36,383 bases of DNA, taken from IMG/VR virus record IMGVR_UViG_3300026302_000081, positions 1 to 36,383 of that record; one strand, given 5' to 3'. Shown here piece by piece: positions 9,149 through 17,565 of this stretch (within the stretch, counting starts at the first letter, position 1; the number at the start of each line of letters is the position of its first letter). The stretch comes from a virus. Lineage: Duplodnaviria; Caudoviricetes. The notes beneath the pieces were generated by a model. That model had not been told where the DNA came from and did not search any database. It worked only from the letters and a program-made list of their open reading frames with translations. The position numbers were made by a program, and so were the translations under genes.

Positions 9149-9385
9149 ATGCCCCGCCCGGTCCGCCCCTCAACCCCGTTCGCGCCGCCGCTGGTCTACA
9201 CCGGCGATCGCGCGCGGCTGGAGGAAGAGCGGGCCGGGATCGCCGCCAAGCTCCGGCGCGAGCCGGATCGCTCGCCCTATCGCCCGGCGCTGCAGCGCGC
9301 CCTTACGCGGCTGACCGCGCAGCTCGTCGCCCTTGAACTCGCCCCGCCGCCTCCGCCCGGCTCGACCCGCAAGGATCTGCAATGA
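9149..9385 (+). CDS. Hypothetical protein
   Basis: Fills the gap in the operon; ATGA overlap with the next gene. Confidence 0.55.
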   Translation: MPRPVRPSTPFAPPLVYTGDRARLEEERAGIAAKLRREPDRSPYRPALQRALTRLTAQLVALELAPPPPPGSTRKDLQ

Positions 9386-9645
9386 AGCGCCCGGCTCCGC
9401 TCCCCTCGGTTACCGATCACGCGGTCCTGCGCTACTTGGAGCGCGCCAAGGGCGTCGATGTGCGCGCGGTCCGTCGCCATATTGCCGACCTCGTCCGGCG
9501 CGGCGTCGAAAAGCAAGGCGACGCCGTTGTCGTCGAGGGCGTCAAGTTCGTCCTGGTCGAAAACCGCGTCGTCTCGACCGTGCCAAAGAACCATTTCCGG
9601 CACGAAGGGAAGCCGAGCGTCAAACGCGAGACCGGCGATGCGTGA
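9382..9645 (+). CDS. Small conserved phage protein (TDHAVLRYLER motif)
   Basis: 87 aa; AAGGA RBS; overlaps neighbours. Confidence 0.7.
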   Translation: MKRPAPLPSVTDHAVLRYLERAKGVDVRAVRRHIADLVRRGVEKQGDAVVVEGVKFVLVENRVVSTVPKNHFRHEGKPSVKRETGDA

Positions 9646-10042
9646 TCGCCTGCCCGCCCTGTTGGCTGAGATCGCCGAGGTCGCCGGGCTCGGCGCCGCG
9701 CTGGCGATCGCCGACGCCAAGGGTGGCATCCTCGCCCGCATTCCGTCGCGGCTTTCGCCGGACAACTGGCTCGTGAAGGCGGTCGGCGCCGAAAAGGCGG
9801 AGATCATTTCGAAGCACTTCACCTCGGGCCGGGGGCGCATCGATCTCGACATCCCGCTGCCGCCGACGAACAGCTACAATCAGTTCCTGCGCCAGCGAGC
9901 GAAGGGCTACGAGCGAGCCCTTGCGGAGACCAACAATATATCCCAAGCTGCCCGCGCGGCCGGAACCACGCGGCGCACAATCCAGCGTTTCGGCTCACGC
10001 CGGCGCAACGAAAAATCCAAGGATCAGGGCTCGTTATTCTAG
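9638..10042 (+). CDS. Mor/C-like transcriptional activator of late genes
   Basis: LPALLAEIAEVAGLGAALAIADAKGG N-terminus; C-terminal HTH (ISQAARAAGTTRRTIQR); last gene before lysis, as for Mu C. Confidence 0.78.
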   Translation: MRDRLPALLAEIAEVAGLGAALAIADAKGGILARIPSRLSPDNWLVKAVGAEKAEIISKHFTSGRGRIDLDIPLPPTNSYNQFLRQRAKGYERALAETNNISQAARAAGTTRRTIQRFGSRRRNEKSKDQGSLF

Positions 10043-10045
10043 GGA

Positions 10046-10094
10046 GGCTGCGACGCGCGTCGCAGCCCTTAAAGAAGCGCGAACGGGCGAATTT
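10046..10094 (+). promoter_or_regulatory. Late promoter 1 (lysis): activator palindrome plus -10
   Basis: GGCTGCGACGCGCGTCGCAGCC 10046-10067; GAATTT 10089-10094. Confidence 0.7.
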
Positions 10095-10131
10095 CGGGAT
10101 CGGTTGATTTCCACCGAACCCGGAGCCCGTC

Positions 10132-10698
10132 ATGTCTCTCGCCGCCGCAACTGCCAAGGCACCGCACCTGCGCGATTTCATCCTGCCGCCGTGGATGAAA
10201 GCCGCGATCGAAGAGATCGGGCAGGCCGAAGTGCCCGGACCGAAATCGAACCCCCGCATCATGGAATACCGTCGCATGGCCGGGGCCGATAGCCTCGCCG
10301 GGGAAGATGGCGTGGTGCCGTGGTGCGCGATCTTCATCAACGCAATGCTCGATGCCGCCGGCGTCAAGGGCTCGGGTTCGGCAATGGCGCGGAGCTTCGT
10401 CAAGCATCCGGCCTTCGAGCGGCTCGACGCGCCGATGGTCGGCTGCATCACCGTGATCTCGTCGAGCCGGGGGCCAACCTCCGGCCACGTGTTCTTCTAT
10501 ACCGCCGAGAACGGGCTGTTCCTGCAGGGCCTCGGCGGCAACCAGAACGATCAGGTCTCGATCGCGATGTTCCCGAAGGGCAAGCTCGTCGGGCACTTCT
10601 GGCCGAAGGGCGAACCGAAGCTCGCTGCGCCATTCGATGGGCCTGTCCGCCTCGCCCGCCCGCCGCTCCCGCACGAGAAGAAGGTGCGTGATGGCTGA
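10132..10698 (+). CDS. TIGR02594-family endolysin (CHAP/NlpC-like)
   Basis: PWMKAAIEEIGQAEVPGPKSNPRI, PWCAIF, GHVFF, GGNQ. Confidence 0.85.
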   Translation: MSLAAATAKAPHLRDFILPPWMKAAIEEIGQAEVPGPKSNPRIMEYRRMAGADSLAGEDGVVPWCAIFINAMLDAAGVKGSGSAMARSFVKHPAFERLDAPMVGCITVISSSRGPTSGHVFFYTAENGLFLQGLGGNQNDQVSIAMFPKGKLVGHFWPKGEPKLAAPFDGPVRLARPPLPHEKKVRDG

Positions 10699-10993
10699 GA
10701 TCGTCAAGCCGTCCTACTCGACCTCCAAGCGCGCGCTCTGGCTTTCGTCGGGCCTCGCCTGGGCGGTCATTCTCTCGCTCGTCGCCGGCGCACTCGCCGG
10801 CCAGCGCGAGGCCGTGGCCATGGCCTCGATCGTCGTGCCGTCGATGGTGCTGCTCATCGCCTCGATGCTCGGCCTGCACCGGTTCTTCGGCTCGATGGAC
10901 ATGCGCACCATGGCGGGCCACCGCCCGCCGCGTCGGCGGGTCGCAAGGGAGATGGAGCCCGAGCCGGAAGTCGAGAACGGGGAGGGCCGCTGA
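10691..10993 (+). CDS. Putative holin
   Basis: Two TM helices and charged C-terminus; lies between lysin and spanins. Confidence 0.6.
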   Translation: MAEIVKPSYSTSKRALWLSSGLAWAVILSLVAGALAGQREAVAMASIVVPSMVLLIASMLGLHRFFGSMDMRTMAGHRPPRRRVAREMEPEPEVENGEGR

Positions 10994-11508
10994 TGTTCGA
11001 GGCACTCCTCGCTCTGTTGGGAACTAAAGACGGCATGAAGCTTGGGCGCGGCGTCGTTCTCGCGCTCCTGGTCGCGGCGCTCTTCGCTGTCAGTGCCGTC
11101 GGCTTCTGGCGCGGCATGGTCGCGATCGAGCGCATGGTCGAGACCGCCCGCACCGAGGCCCTCGCCGCGCGGGACGCGCATTGGAAAGCCGAGATCGAGA
11201 AGTCAAACGCGGCGGTCGAGAAGTCGATCGCCGAGAACGCGATCGCTGCCGAGAAGGCCTCGGCGGAGGCCGAGAAGACGATTTCCGGCCTTCGGGCCGC
11301 ACTGGCCGAACTGGAGGTGAAAAATGTCACCCTGCCGAATGGCAATGCTGGCGGGCTCGATCGCGCTCGCGTGCAGCTCCTGCGCCGATCCGGAGCGGCC
11401 CGCGCCGCAGATCCGCAACGTCGAAATTCGGAGGGCGGTGCCGGAGGCGGCGAAGGAACCGTGCAGCCGCCCGGTCGATCTCCCGGATCGCCGCATGACG
11501 GCGGCTGA
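10993..11508 (+). CDS. Inner-membrane spanin (Rz-like)
   Basis: N-terminal TM followed by coiled coil; overlapped by a lipoprotein ORF. Confidence 0.7.
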   Translation: MFEALLALLGTKDGMKLGRGVVLALLVAALFAVSAVGFWRGMVAIERMVETARTEALAARDAHWKAEIEKSNAAVEKSIAENAIAAEKASAEAEKTISGLRAALAELEVKNVTLPNGNAGGLDRARVQLLRRSGAARAADPQRRNSEGGAGGGEGTVQPPGRSPGSPHDGG

Positions 11509-11593
11509 GGTGACCAGCTTCTGGGGGCGCGACATCGCCTCCCTTCTTGAATGCGAAGAGCGCCGCAAGGCGGCTGTTGAAGGACGTGACTGA
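11324..11593 (+). CDS. Outer-membrane spanin lipoprotein (Rz1-like)
   Basis: GGAGG RBS; signal peptide ending ALACSSC; Pro-rich with two further Cys; overlaps Rz in another frame. Confidence 0.7.
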   Translation: MSPCRMAMLAGSIALACSSCADPERPAPQIRNVEIRRAVPEAAKEPCSRPVDLPDRRMTAAEVTSFWGRDIASLLECEERRKAAVEGRD

Positions 11594-11961
11594 TGGGAAG
11601 CCCCGGTGAACTCAAGGATTGGCTGAGCGTTCTGTCGACCGCGCTGGCGATCGGCGCGATCGTCTATTCCTGGCTGACGCGCACGGGCAAGGAAGCCGGC
11701 GAGAAAGTCGTCAAGCTGGAGGGCAAGCTCGACGCGGCCGTCGCCGAACGTGATCGCAAGATCGACCTCGTCGAGGATCGGATCGCGCGGGTCGAGGGGG
11801 AGCTCAAGGGCGTGCCGGACCGCGAGAGCGTCCACAAGATGCAGCTCGAAATGGAACGGATGCGCGGCACGATCGAGGTGCTCAACGAACGCCTCGTTCC
11901 GCTGGCGGCGATTTCCGGCCGGCTTCAGGAGTTCCTTCTCGAACAGTCCAAGAGGGCGTGA
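11593..11961 (+). CDS. DUF2730 family protein (Mu gp25-like)
   Basis: N-terminal TM; RIARVEGELKGVPDRESVH; position. Confidence 0.75.
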   Translation: MGSPGELKDWLSVLSTALAIGAIVYSWLTRTGKEAGEKVVKLEGKLDAAVAERDRKIDLVEDRIARVEGELKGVPDRESVHKMQLEMERMRGTIEVLNERLVPLAAISGRLQEFLLEQSKRA

Positions 11962-12260
11962 TCATGATGGACCGCATCATTCGCGAGGACGCGCGCCTCA
12001 TCCTCCTGAAGGCGCTTAACGAGCAGCCGGACGGTCGCCTCAACTCCGATCTCCTGCGCGAAACCCTGGTGACCTTCGGGATCTCCAAGAGTCGGGATTG
12101 GGTCCACGACGAGCTGCGCCACCTCGCCGAACTCGGCGCCGTGAAGGTTCACGAGATCGGTTCGGTTCGTGTCGCGGCCATCATGGCCAAGGGTGCGGAT
12201 CATGTCGCGCGCCGCATCGTGATCGAGGGCATCAAGCGGCCGTCGCCGCCGGAGGCGTGA
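11958..12260 (+). CDS. Mu gp26-like winged-helix protein
   Basis: EDARLILLKAL...ELRHLAELG...G.D......GIKRPSP. Confidence 0.8.
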   Translation: MIMMDRIIREDARLILLKALNEQPDGRLNSDLLRETLVTFGISKSRDWVHDELRHLAELGAVKVHEIGSVRVAAIMAKGADHVARRIVIEGIKRPSPPEA

Positions 12261-12261
12261 C

Positions 12262-12837
12262 ATGGCCGAGCAACGGGGCCGAGGTCGCCTTTCATCGCTC
12301 GATCTTCTGCCCGAGGAGGCACAGGACGATCTTGTCTGGGCGTGCCAGCAGCTGGCGGAGCGTCAGCGAACGCAAGCCGACATCCTGTTCGAGTTCAACG
12401 ACCGCTTGGCCGTGAAAGGGATCGAGCCGGTCTCCAAATCCGCCTTCAACCGCCGCGCGATCCGCCTTGCGGCCTCGACGCGGCAGCACCGGGAAACGCG
12501 GGAGATCTTCTCTGCGCTCTCCGGCGACATCGATCCCGGCAAGATCGACGATCATTCGATCGTGCTCGGAGAATTCCTGAAGACCCTGATTTTCGAACTT
12601 CTTCAACCCGGCAAAACAGAGCACACGGCGGATAGCGCCATGAAGCTCTCTCGCGGGTTCAAGGAAATCATGGTCGGCCAGAAGATCTCCACCGATCGCC
12701 GAGCGGCGGAGGAGAAGCGCGCGACCGAAAAAGCGGTGGCGGCGATCGAGGCAGTTGGGAAGGCGAAGGGTCTCACGGCAGAGACGGTCGAAGCGATCAA
12801 GCGCGACGTGCTTGGCATTCGGGAGGAAGGGGCGTGA
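12262..12837 (+). CDS. DUF3486 / Mu gp27-like (small terminase candidate)
   Basis: GRGRLSSLDLLP...SKSAFNR...GLTAETVEAIKRDVLGI; precedes TerL. Confidence 0.85.
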   Translation: MAEQRGRGRLSSLDLLPEEAQDDLVWACQQLAERQRTQADILFEFNDRLAVKGIEPVSKSAFNRRAIRLAASTRQHRETREIFSALSGDIDPGKIDDHSIVLGEFLKTLIFELLQPGKTEHTADSAMKLSRGFKEIMVGQKISTDRRAAEEKRATEKAVAAIEAVGKAKGLTAETVEAIKRDVLGIREEGA

Positions 12838-14444
12838 GCGCGCCGCTTTCCCGCGAAGAATGGGCGGCGATCCGAGCGGCTTCGCAGGAGGCCGTTCTCG
12901 CGCTTGGCATTCCGCGCACAGATCTCCTGCTCGGTTACCAGAAGCGTGGCGTGCATCTTCTCGAAACGACGGCGGTGCTTGTCGTCGAGAAGTCCCGCCG
13001 CATCGGCTTCACCTGGGGTCTCGCGGCCTACGCGGTGCTGCGGGCGTCGCGCGAGCGCAAGGCGCGCGGCTATGACGTGATGTACATCTCCTATTCGCAG
13101 GAGATGACCCGAGAGTTTATCGACGCCTGCGCGATGTGGGCTCGTGCCTTCGCACTTGCCGCTGGCGATACCGGCGAACTCTTGTTTGATGATGTCGACC
13201 CTGCCAACCCGGCTGACACGCGGCAAATCAAGGCATTTCGTATCCAGTTCGCCTCGGGGTTCGAGATCCTCGCGCTTTCCTCAGCGCCGCGTTCGCTACG
13301 CGGCAAACAAGGGTGCGTCATCATCGACGAAGCCGCATTCGTTGACAGCCTCGCGGAGCTGCTCAAGGCCGCGCTGGCTTTCCTGATGTGGGGCGGTCAG
13401 GTGGTCGTCGTTTCGACGCACAACGGCACGGCGAACCCTTTCAATGAACTCTGCCAGGACATTCTCAAGGGTCGAAAGCCCTATACCCACATGAGGGTGG
13501 ATTTCGACGAGGCGCTTCAAGAGGGGCTCTTCCAGCGCATCTGCCTCGTCACGGGTAAGGAGTGGTCTCCAGAGGCCGAGGCTCTTTGGCGGGACGAGAT
13601 CCGCGCCTTCTATGGTGACGCGGCGGAAGAGGAACTCGACTGCGTTCCCGCGCAGGGCTCGGGCGTCTTCCTGTCTGCCGCCATGATCGAGGAGCGCATG
13701 TTCGAGGCCCCGGTATTGCGCCTCGCGTTGCCACCTTCGTTCTTCCAGCTGCCGCCGCCCAAAAAAGAGAGCGAAATCGCGGCTTGGATTGCGGACTACC
13801 TCGATCCGGTTCTGAAGCAGACGATCGACCCGCTCCTTCGGTCCGGTTTTGGGATGGACGTCGGCCGTTACCGCGACCTTTCGATCCTCGCCCCTATTCA
13901 GGTAATGCGGACGTTGAAGCGCGTCGTGCCGTTCCTCGTCGAGCTTGATCGCGTGCCGTTCGCGCAACAGAAGCAGATTGCCGCCCACATATTGAAGGCA
14001 CTTCCTCGCCGCGTGGGTGCGCGGGTGGACGGCACCGGTATTGGGGCGGGCATCGCGGAAGATCTGGAGACCGGCCACGGGACGGAAACCATCAAGATCA
14101 CGACGGAGTGGTATCGCGTCGAGCTGCCGCCGCTGAAGGGCGCATTCGAGGACGATGACATCCTGATCCCGCGCGACGCTGAGGTGCTCGCGGATCTGCG
14201 TGCGCTCAAGATGGTGCGCGGCATTCCCATGCTCCCGAGCTTGCGGGTGAAAGCCGGGACAGGCGGGGTGCGTCACGGCGACGCCGCGATCGCCATTGCG
14301 CTGGCCTACGGCTCGACGCGTGGCGAAGGTGGTGAGTTTGCCTATCAAGGCGCGGGCAAATCGGGATCAGATGACGCCGATCCGGATGACGATGATTTGT
14401 CGGGTGACCGCTTGTTCGGCTCGCGCCGCGACGGGCTCGGCTGA
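12834..14444 (+). CDS. Terminase large subunit (Mu gp28-like)
   Basis: EKSRRIGFTW, IIDEAAF, STHNG, GMDVGR, HGDAAIA. Confidence 0.93.
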   Translation: MSAPLSREEWAAIRAASQEAVLALGIPRTDLLLGYQKRGVHLLETTAVLVVEKSRRIGFTWGLAAYAVLRASRERKARGYDVMYISYSQEMTREFIDACAMWARAFALAAGDTGELLFDDVDPANPADTRQIKAFRIQFASGFEILALSSAPRSLRGKQGCVIIDEAAFVDSLAELLKAALAFLMWGGQVVVVSTHNGTANPFNELCQDILKGRKPYTHMRVDFDEALQEGLFQRICLVTGKEWSPEAEALWRDEIRAFYGDAAEEELDCVPAQGSGVFLSAAMIEERMFEAPVLRLALPPSFFQLPPPKKESEIAAWIADYLDPVLKQTIDPLLRSGFGMDVGRYRDLSILAPIQVMRTLKRVVPFLVELDRVPFAQQKQIAAHILKALPRRVGARVDGTGIGAGIAEDLETGHGTETIKITTEWYRVELPPLKGAFEDDDILIPRDAEVLADLRALKMVRGIPMLPSLRVKAGTGGVRHGDAAIAIALAYGSTRGEGGEFAYQGAGKSGSDDADPDDDDLSGDRLFGSRRDGLG

Positions 14445-14455
14445 GGAGAAACGAC

Positions 14456-16081
14456 ATGGCACAGATCCTCGACCAATGGGGCAATCCGGTTTCCAGCGCC
14501 GCACTGCGCAAGCCGGCCATGGGACCGTCCGTCACCGGACTGCGCGATACCTTCGATGACTTCCTGGCCGCGAGCCTCACGCCGGCGCGCATGGCGAAGA
14601 TCCTGCGCGACGCGGCGCTCGGCGAGATGCACGACTTCCTGACGCTTTCCGAGGAGATGGAAGAGCGCGAGACCCAGTTCGCCGCCGTTCTCTCCACCCG
14701 CAAGCGGGCGCTTCAGGCGGTCGAGCCGCAGGTCGAGGCGGCGTCGGACAGCGCCGAGGATGTGGCGATCGCCGACGCCGTGCGCGAGCGGATCGCCGAG
14801 CACCCCGATCTCTACGATCTCATCGGCGATTGCCTCGACGCGCTCTCCAAGGGCTATTCAGTGACCGAGATCGTCTGGCAGGTCGAGGCCGGGCAATGGG
14901 TGCCGGAGCGCTTCGAATGGCACGATCCGCGCCTGTTCCAGTTCGACCCGGAAACCCGCAAGCAATTGCGCAAGCGTGTCCTCTCGGATTTCCATGGCGC
15001 GCCGCTCGAACCGTTCAAGTTCATCCGCCACGTGCCGCGCCTCAAATCGGGCATCCCGGCACGCAACGGCCTCGCCCGCCTCGCGCTCTGGAGCTTCCTG
15101 CTGAAGTCCTACAGCCTGAAGGACTGGGCCGCGTTTCTCGAAGTGCACGGCATGCCGCTGCGGCTCGGCAAATACGGACCGGGTGCCTCAACCGACGACA
15201 AGCGCGTGCTCCTCCGCGCCGTGCGGGATCTCGGCGCCGATGCCGCCGCGATCATCCCAAAGGACATGGAGATCGAGTTCGTCGAGACGAAGGGCTTTTC
15301 CGAAAAACCCTTCGAAGGCTTCGCCGTCTATCTCGACAAGGCACTCTCGAAGGCGATCATCGGCCAGACGATGACGGCCGACGCCGGCACCTCGGGCAGT
15401 CTCGCCCAGGCTAAGGTGCACGAGAATGTCCGCACCGATATCAAGAAGGCCGACGGACGCCAGCTCGAAGGCACACTCGATCGAGATCTCGTCCGCCCCT
15501 TCGTCGATATCAACTTCGGCCCGCGCGCGGCCTATCCGAAGCTGCGCTTCCCGATTTCCGAACCCGAAGACATCAAGGCGATTTCGGAGGCGCTCAAGAA
15601 CCTCGTGCCGCTCGGGCTCAAGGTGCAGATGAGCGAGGTCCGCGACCGGATCGGCTTTGCGGACCCGGACGAGGGTGCCGAACTATTGGGCGGGCAAAAG
15701 CAGGTCCCGGAAGGAACCGGAGCCGGTGCGCGCAAGCCCGCCCTCGATCCGGGCAACGAGCCGGCGCTGAACCGTCCTCACATGAACGGGTGCCCCTGTT
15801 GCGGCGCGCCGGCGAAAGCCTTCAATGCCGCCGGCCTCGACCCGGAAGACGAGGGGGACCAGCTGGTCGCCGCCGCGCTGGAGGAGTGGGAGCCCGACAT
15901 GGCGCCGATCATCGAAGCCGTGACGGACGCCGCCCGGACGGCGCGTTCCTATGAGGAGTTCGAGGCGGCGCTCAACCGGCTCGCCGGCGACCTGCCTGTC
16001 GACCATCTCGCCCGCCGGGTCGCCCTCGCAACCATGAAGGCGCGCGGTCTTGGCGAGGTCTCCGGTGACCCGGCCGGCTAA
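14456..16081 (+). CDS. Portal protein (DUF935, Mu gp29-like)
   Basis: EEMEER...RKRAL, FLEVHGMPLRLGKY, SKAIIGQTMT. Confidence 0.93.
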   Translation: MAQILDQWGNPVSSAALRKPAMGPSVTGLRDTFDDFLAASLTPARMAKILRDAALGEMHDFLTLSEEMEERETQFAAVLSTRKRALQAVEPQVEAASDSAEDVAIADAVRERIAEHPDLYDLIGDCLDALSKGYSVTEIVWQVEAGQWVPERFEWHDPRLFQFDPETRKQLRKRVLSDFHGAPLEPFKFIRHVPRLKSGIPARNGLARLALWSFLLKSYSLKDWAAFLEVHGMPLRLGKYGPGASTDDKRVLLRAVRDLGADAAAIIPKDMEIEFVETKGFSEKPFEGFAVYLDKALSKAIIGQTMTADAGTSGSLAQAKVHENVRTDIKKADGRQLEGTLDRDLVRPFVDINFGPRAAYPKLRFPISEPEDIKAISEALKNLVPLGLKVQMSEVRDRIGFADPDEGAELLGGQKQVPEGTGAGARKPALDPGNEPALNRPHMNGCPCCGAPAKAFNAAGLDPEDEGDQLVAAALEEWEPDMAPIIEAVTDAARTARSYEEFEAALNRLAGDLPVDHLARRVALATMKARGLGEVSGDPAG

Positions 16082-16195
16082 CGCGCGCGTTCAAGGGGTT
16101 TTCAACGCCGTCAGCGGCTGCGGGCGAAATTTGCGGCCCATCGGGGCCTCACGGGCGCACGGGCCTTCTGCGGCCGTTTCTGGGGCTCACGCCAA

Positions 16196-17413
16196 ATGAC
16201 CGACAAGCCGTTGTTCTCGACCGCGCCCAAGGAAGTCGTCGACTACTTCGACCGCCGGCCGCGTGTCCCGACGTTCGATTGGCGCGATATCGCTCCCCGC
16301 GAACATGCGCTCGCCTTCACCGTCGCCAAGACGCACGGGTTCGACATCCTCTCCGACCTGCGCGACGCGGTTCGAAAAGCCGTGGTCGATCGCGTGCCTT
16401 ACGAACGGTTCCGGGACGAGCTGATCCCGATCCTGCGCAAGAAAGGCTGGTGGGGCGAACAAAAGCAGCGCGACCCGAAAACCGGCGAACTGGTCAAGGC
16501 GCAGTTGGGCTCGCCGCGCCGGCTACAGATCATCTATTGGGCGAATGTCCATTCCGCGCATGCCGCCGGCGAATGGGCGCGGGTCGAGCGCAACAAGGAA
16601 TTCCTGCCCTGGCTCACCTATGTCGCCAGCGTATCCGAACGGAAGCGGCCGCTGCATCTGTCCTGGGTCGGAACGACGCTGCCGGTCAGCGACACGTGGT
16701 GGCAGTCGCACTACCCGCCGAACGGCTGGAACTGCAAATGCTCGGTCCGGCAGATCGGCGATCGCGAGGCCGGCCGGCTGCACAAGGAATTCGGGCGCGA
16801 CAAGGCACCGCCGCTCGATGAGCGCGAGTGGCACAACAAGCGCACGGGCGAGACCGAGAACGTGCCAGCCGGCATCGATCCGGGCTGGCATCACAACCCC
16901 GGCCTCCTGCGCGATCGCACGCTTTCAAAGGGGCTTCAAACATCGCTCGACCAGTTGCCGGAGGCGGCGCGGCGCAATGCCGTCGACATGCTCGTGAAAC
17001 ATCCGATCATGGACTATGTGACCGCAACGCTTGGAGCGAGGCCGCGCTCAGCAATGGGGCACGCCGAAGGGCGCTTCTCGGCTGTCGTTGGAATGCTCAC
17101 CCCGGCGCGTCAGAAGCGGCTCGGCGCGACAACCTCGATCGTGCGCCTTTCAGGAGACAGCGCCGCACACATCCGCGAGAGCCACCCCGAAATGTCGGCG
17201 AAGATCATCGCCGGCGTTTCCGAGGCGATCCGTGCGGGTGAGGCTTTCATGGACCAAGGGCTGCTGATCAGCTTCCTTGAAATCGAGGGCAAACTCTACC
17301 GCTTCGCCGTCAAGCGCACGGTTCAGAGCAACGAGACCTATCTCGCATCCGCGCACCGCTCGAACCCCGATCAGCTCGATCGGTGGCGCGCAACACGTGA
17401 GAGTGTGGAATGA
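16196..17413 (+). CDS. MuF head morphogenesis protein with C-terminal BECR (PBECR-like) nuclease-type extension
   Basis: AFTVAK, GSPRRLQII, YPPNGWNCKCSV, GIDPGW; extra ~130 aa with SAAHIRESHP...YRFAVK...TYLASAHR. Confidence 0.85.
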   Translation: MTDKPLFSTAPKEVVDYFDRRPRVPTFDWRDIAPREHALAFTVAKTHGFDILSDLRDAVRKAVVDRVPYERFRDELIPILRKKGWWGEQKQRDPKTGELVKAQLGSPRRLQIIYWANVHSAHAAGEWARVERNKEFLPWLTYVASVSERKRPLHLSWVGTTLPVSDTWWQSHYPPNGWNCKCSVRQIGDREAGRLHKEFGRDKAPPLDEREWHNKRTGETENVPAGIDPGWHHNPGLLRDRTLSKGLQTSLDQLPEAARRNAVDMLVKHPIMDYVTATLGARPRSAMGHAEGRFSAVVGMLTPARQKRLGATTSIVRLSGDSAAHIRESHPEMSAKIIAGVSEAIRAGEAFMDQGLLISFLEIEGKLYRFAVKRTVQSNETYLASAHRSNPDQLDRWRATRESVE

Positions 17414-17473
17414 TGCGGGCGGAGGGGCAGCACTCCCTCACGGCACAAGTCCGGGTATCTTTGGCTCGCCCGC
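17411..17473 (-). ncRNA. Putative tRNA-like small RNA (acceptor stem plus T-arm-like hairpin)
   Basis: GCGGGCG/CGCCCGC 7-bp stem followed by A-UCA; adjacent GAGGG/CCCUC 5-bp hairpin; starts at the 7th nt after a -10 box. Confidence 0.55.
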
Positions 17474-17479
17474 AGGGGA

Positions 17480-17508
17480 AATATAGCGCCGGTTGACTGG
17501 AAACGCAA
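17480..17508 (-). promoter_or_regulatory. Sigma70-like promoter for the tRNA-like RNA
   Basis: Minus strand TTGCGT-N17-TATATT. Confidence 0.7.
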
Positions 17509-17510
17509 AG

Positions 17511-17559
17511 GGCTGCGACGCGTGTCGCAGCCCTTTCGCGTTTCTGATGCGGGCATCGT
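17511..17559 (+). promoter_or_regulatory. Late promoter 2 (head): activator palindrome plus -10
   Basis: GGCTGCGACGCGTGTCGCAGCC 17511-17532; CATCGT 17554-17559. Confidence 0.7.
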
Positions 17560-17565
17560 GCCCCC

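Noticed and set aside
12262..14444. Intron or intein in the terminase region (codon usage looks slightly different)
   Set aside because: The ORF is continuous and of normal length with no splicing motifs; at most module exchange, which I cannot quantify.
17411..17473. Canonical tRNA gene
   Set aside because: Too short; no D-arm, no TTC in the T-loop and no proper anticodon arm. Kept only as tRNA-like.
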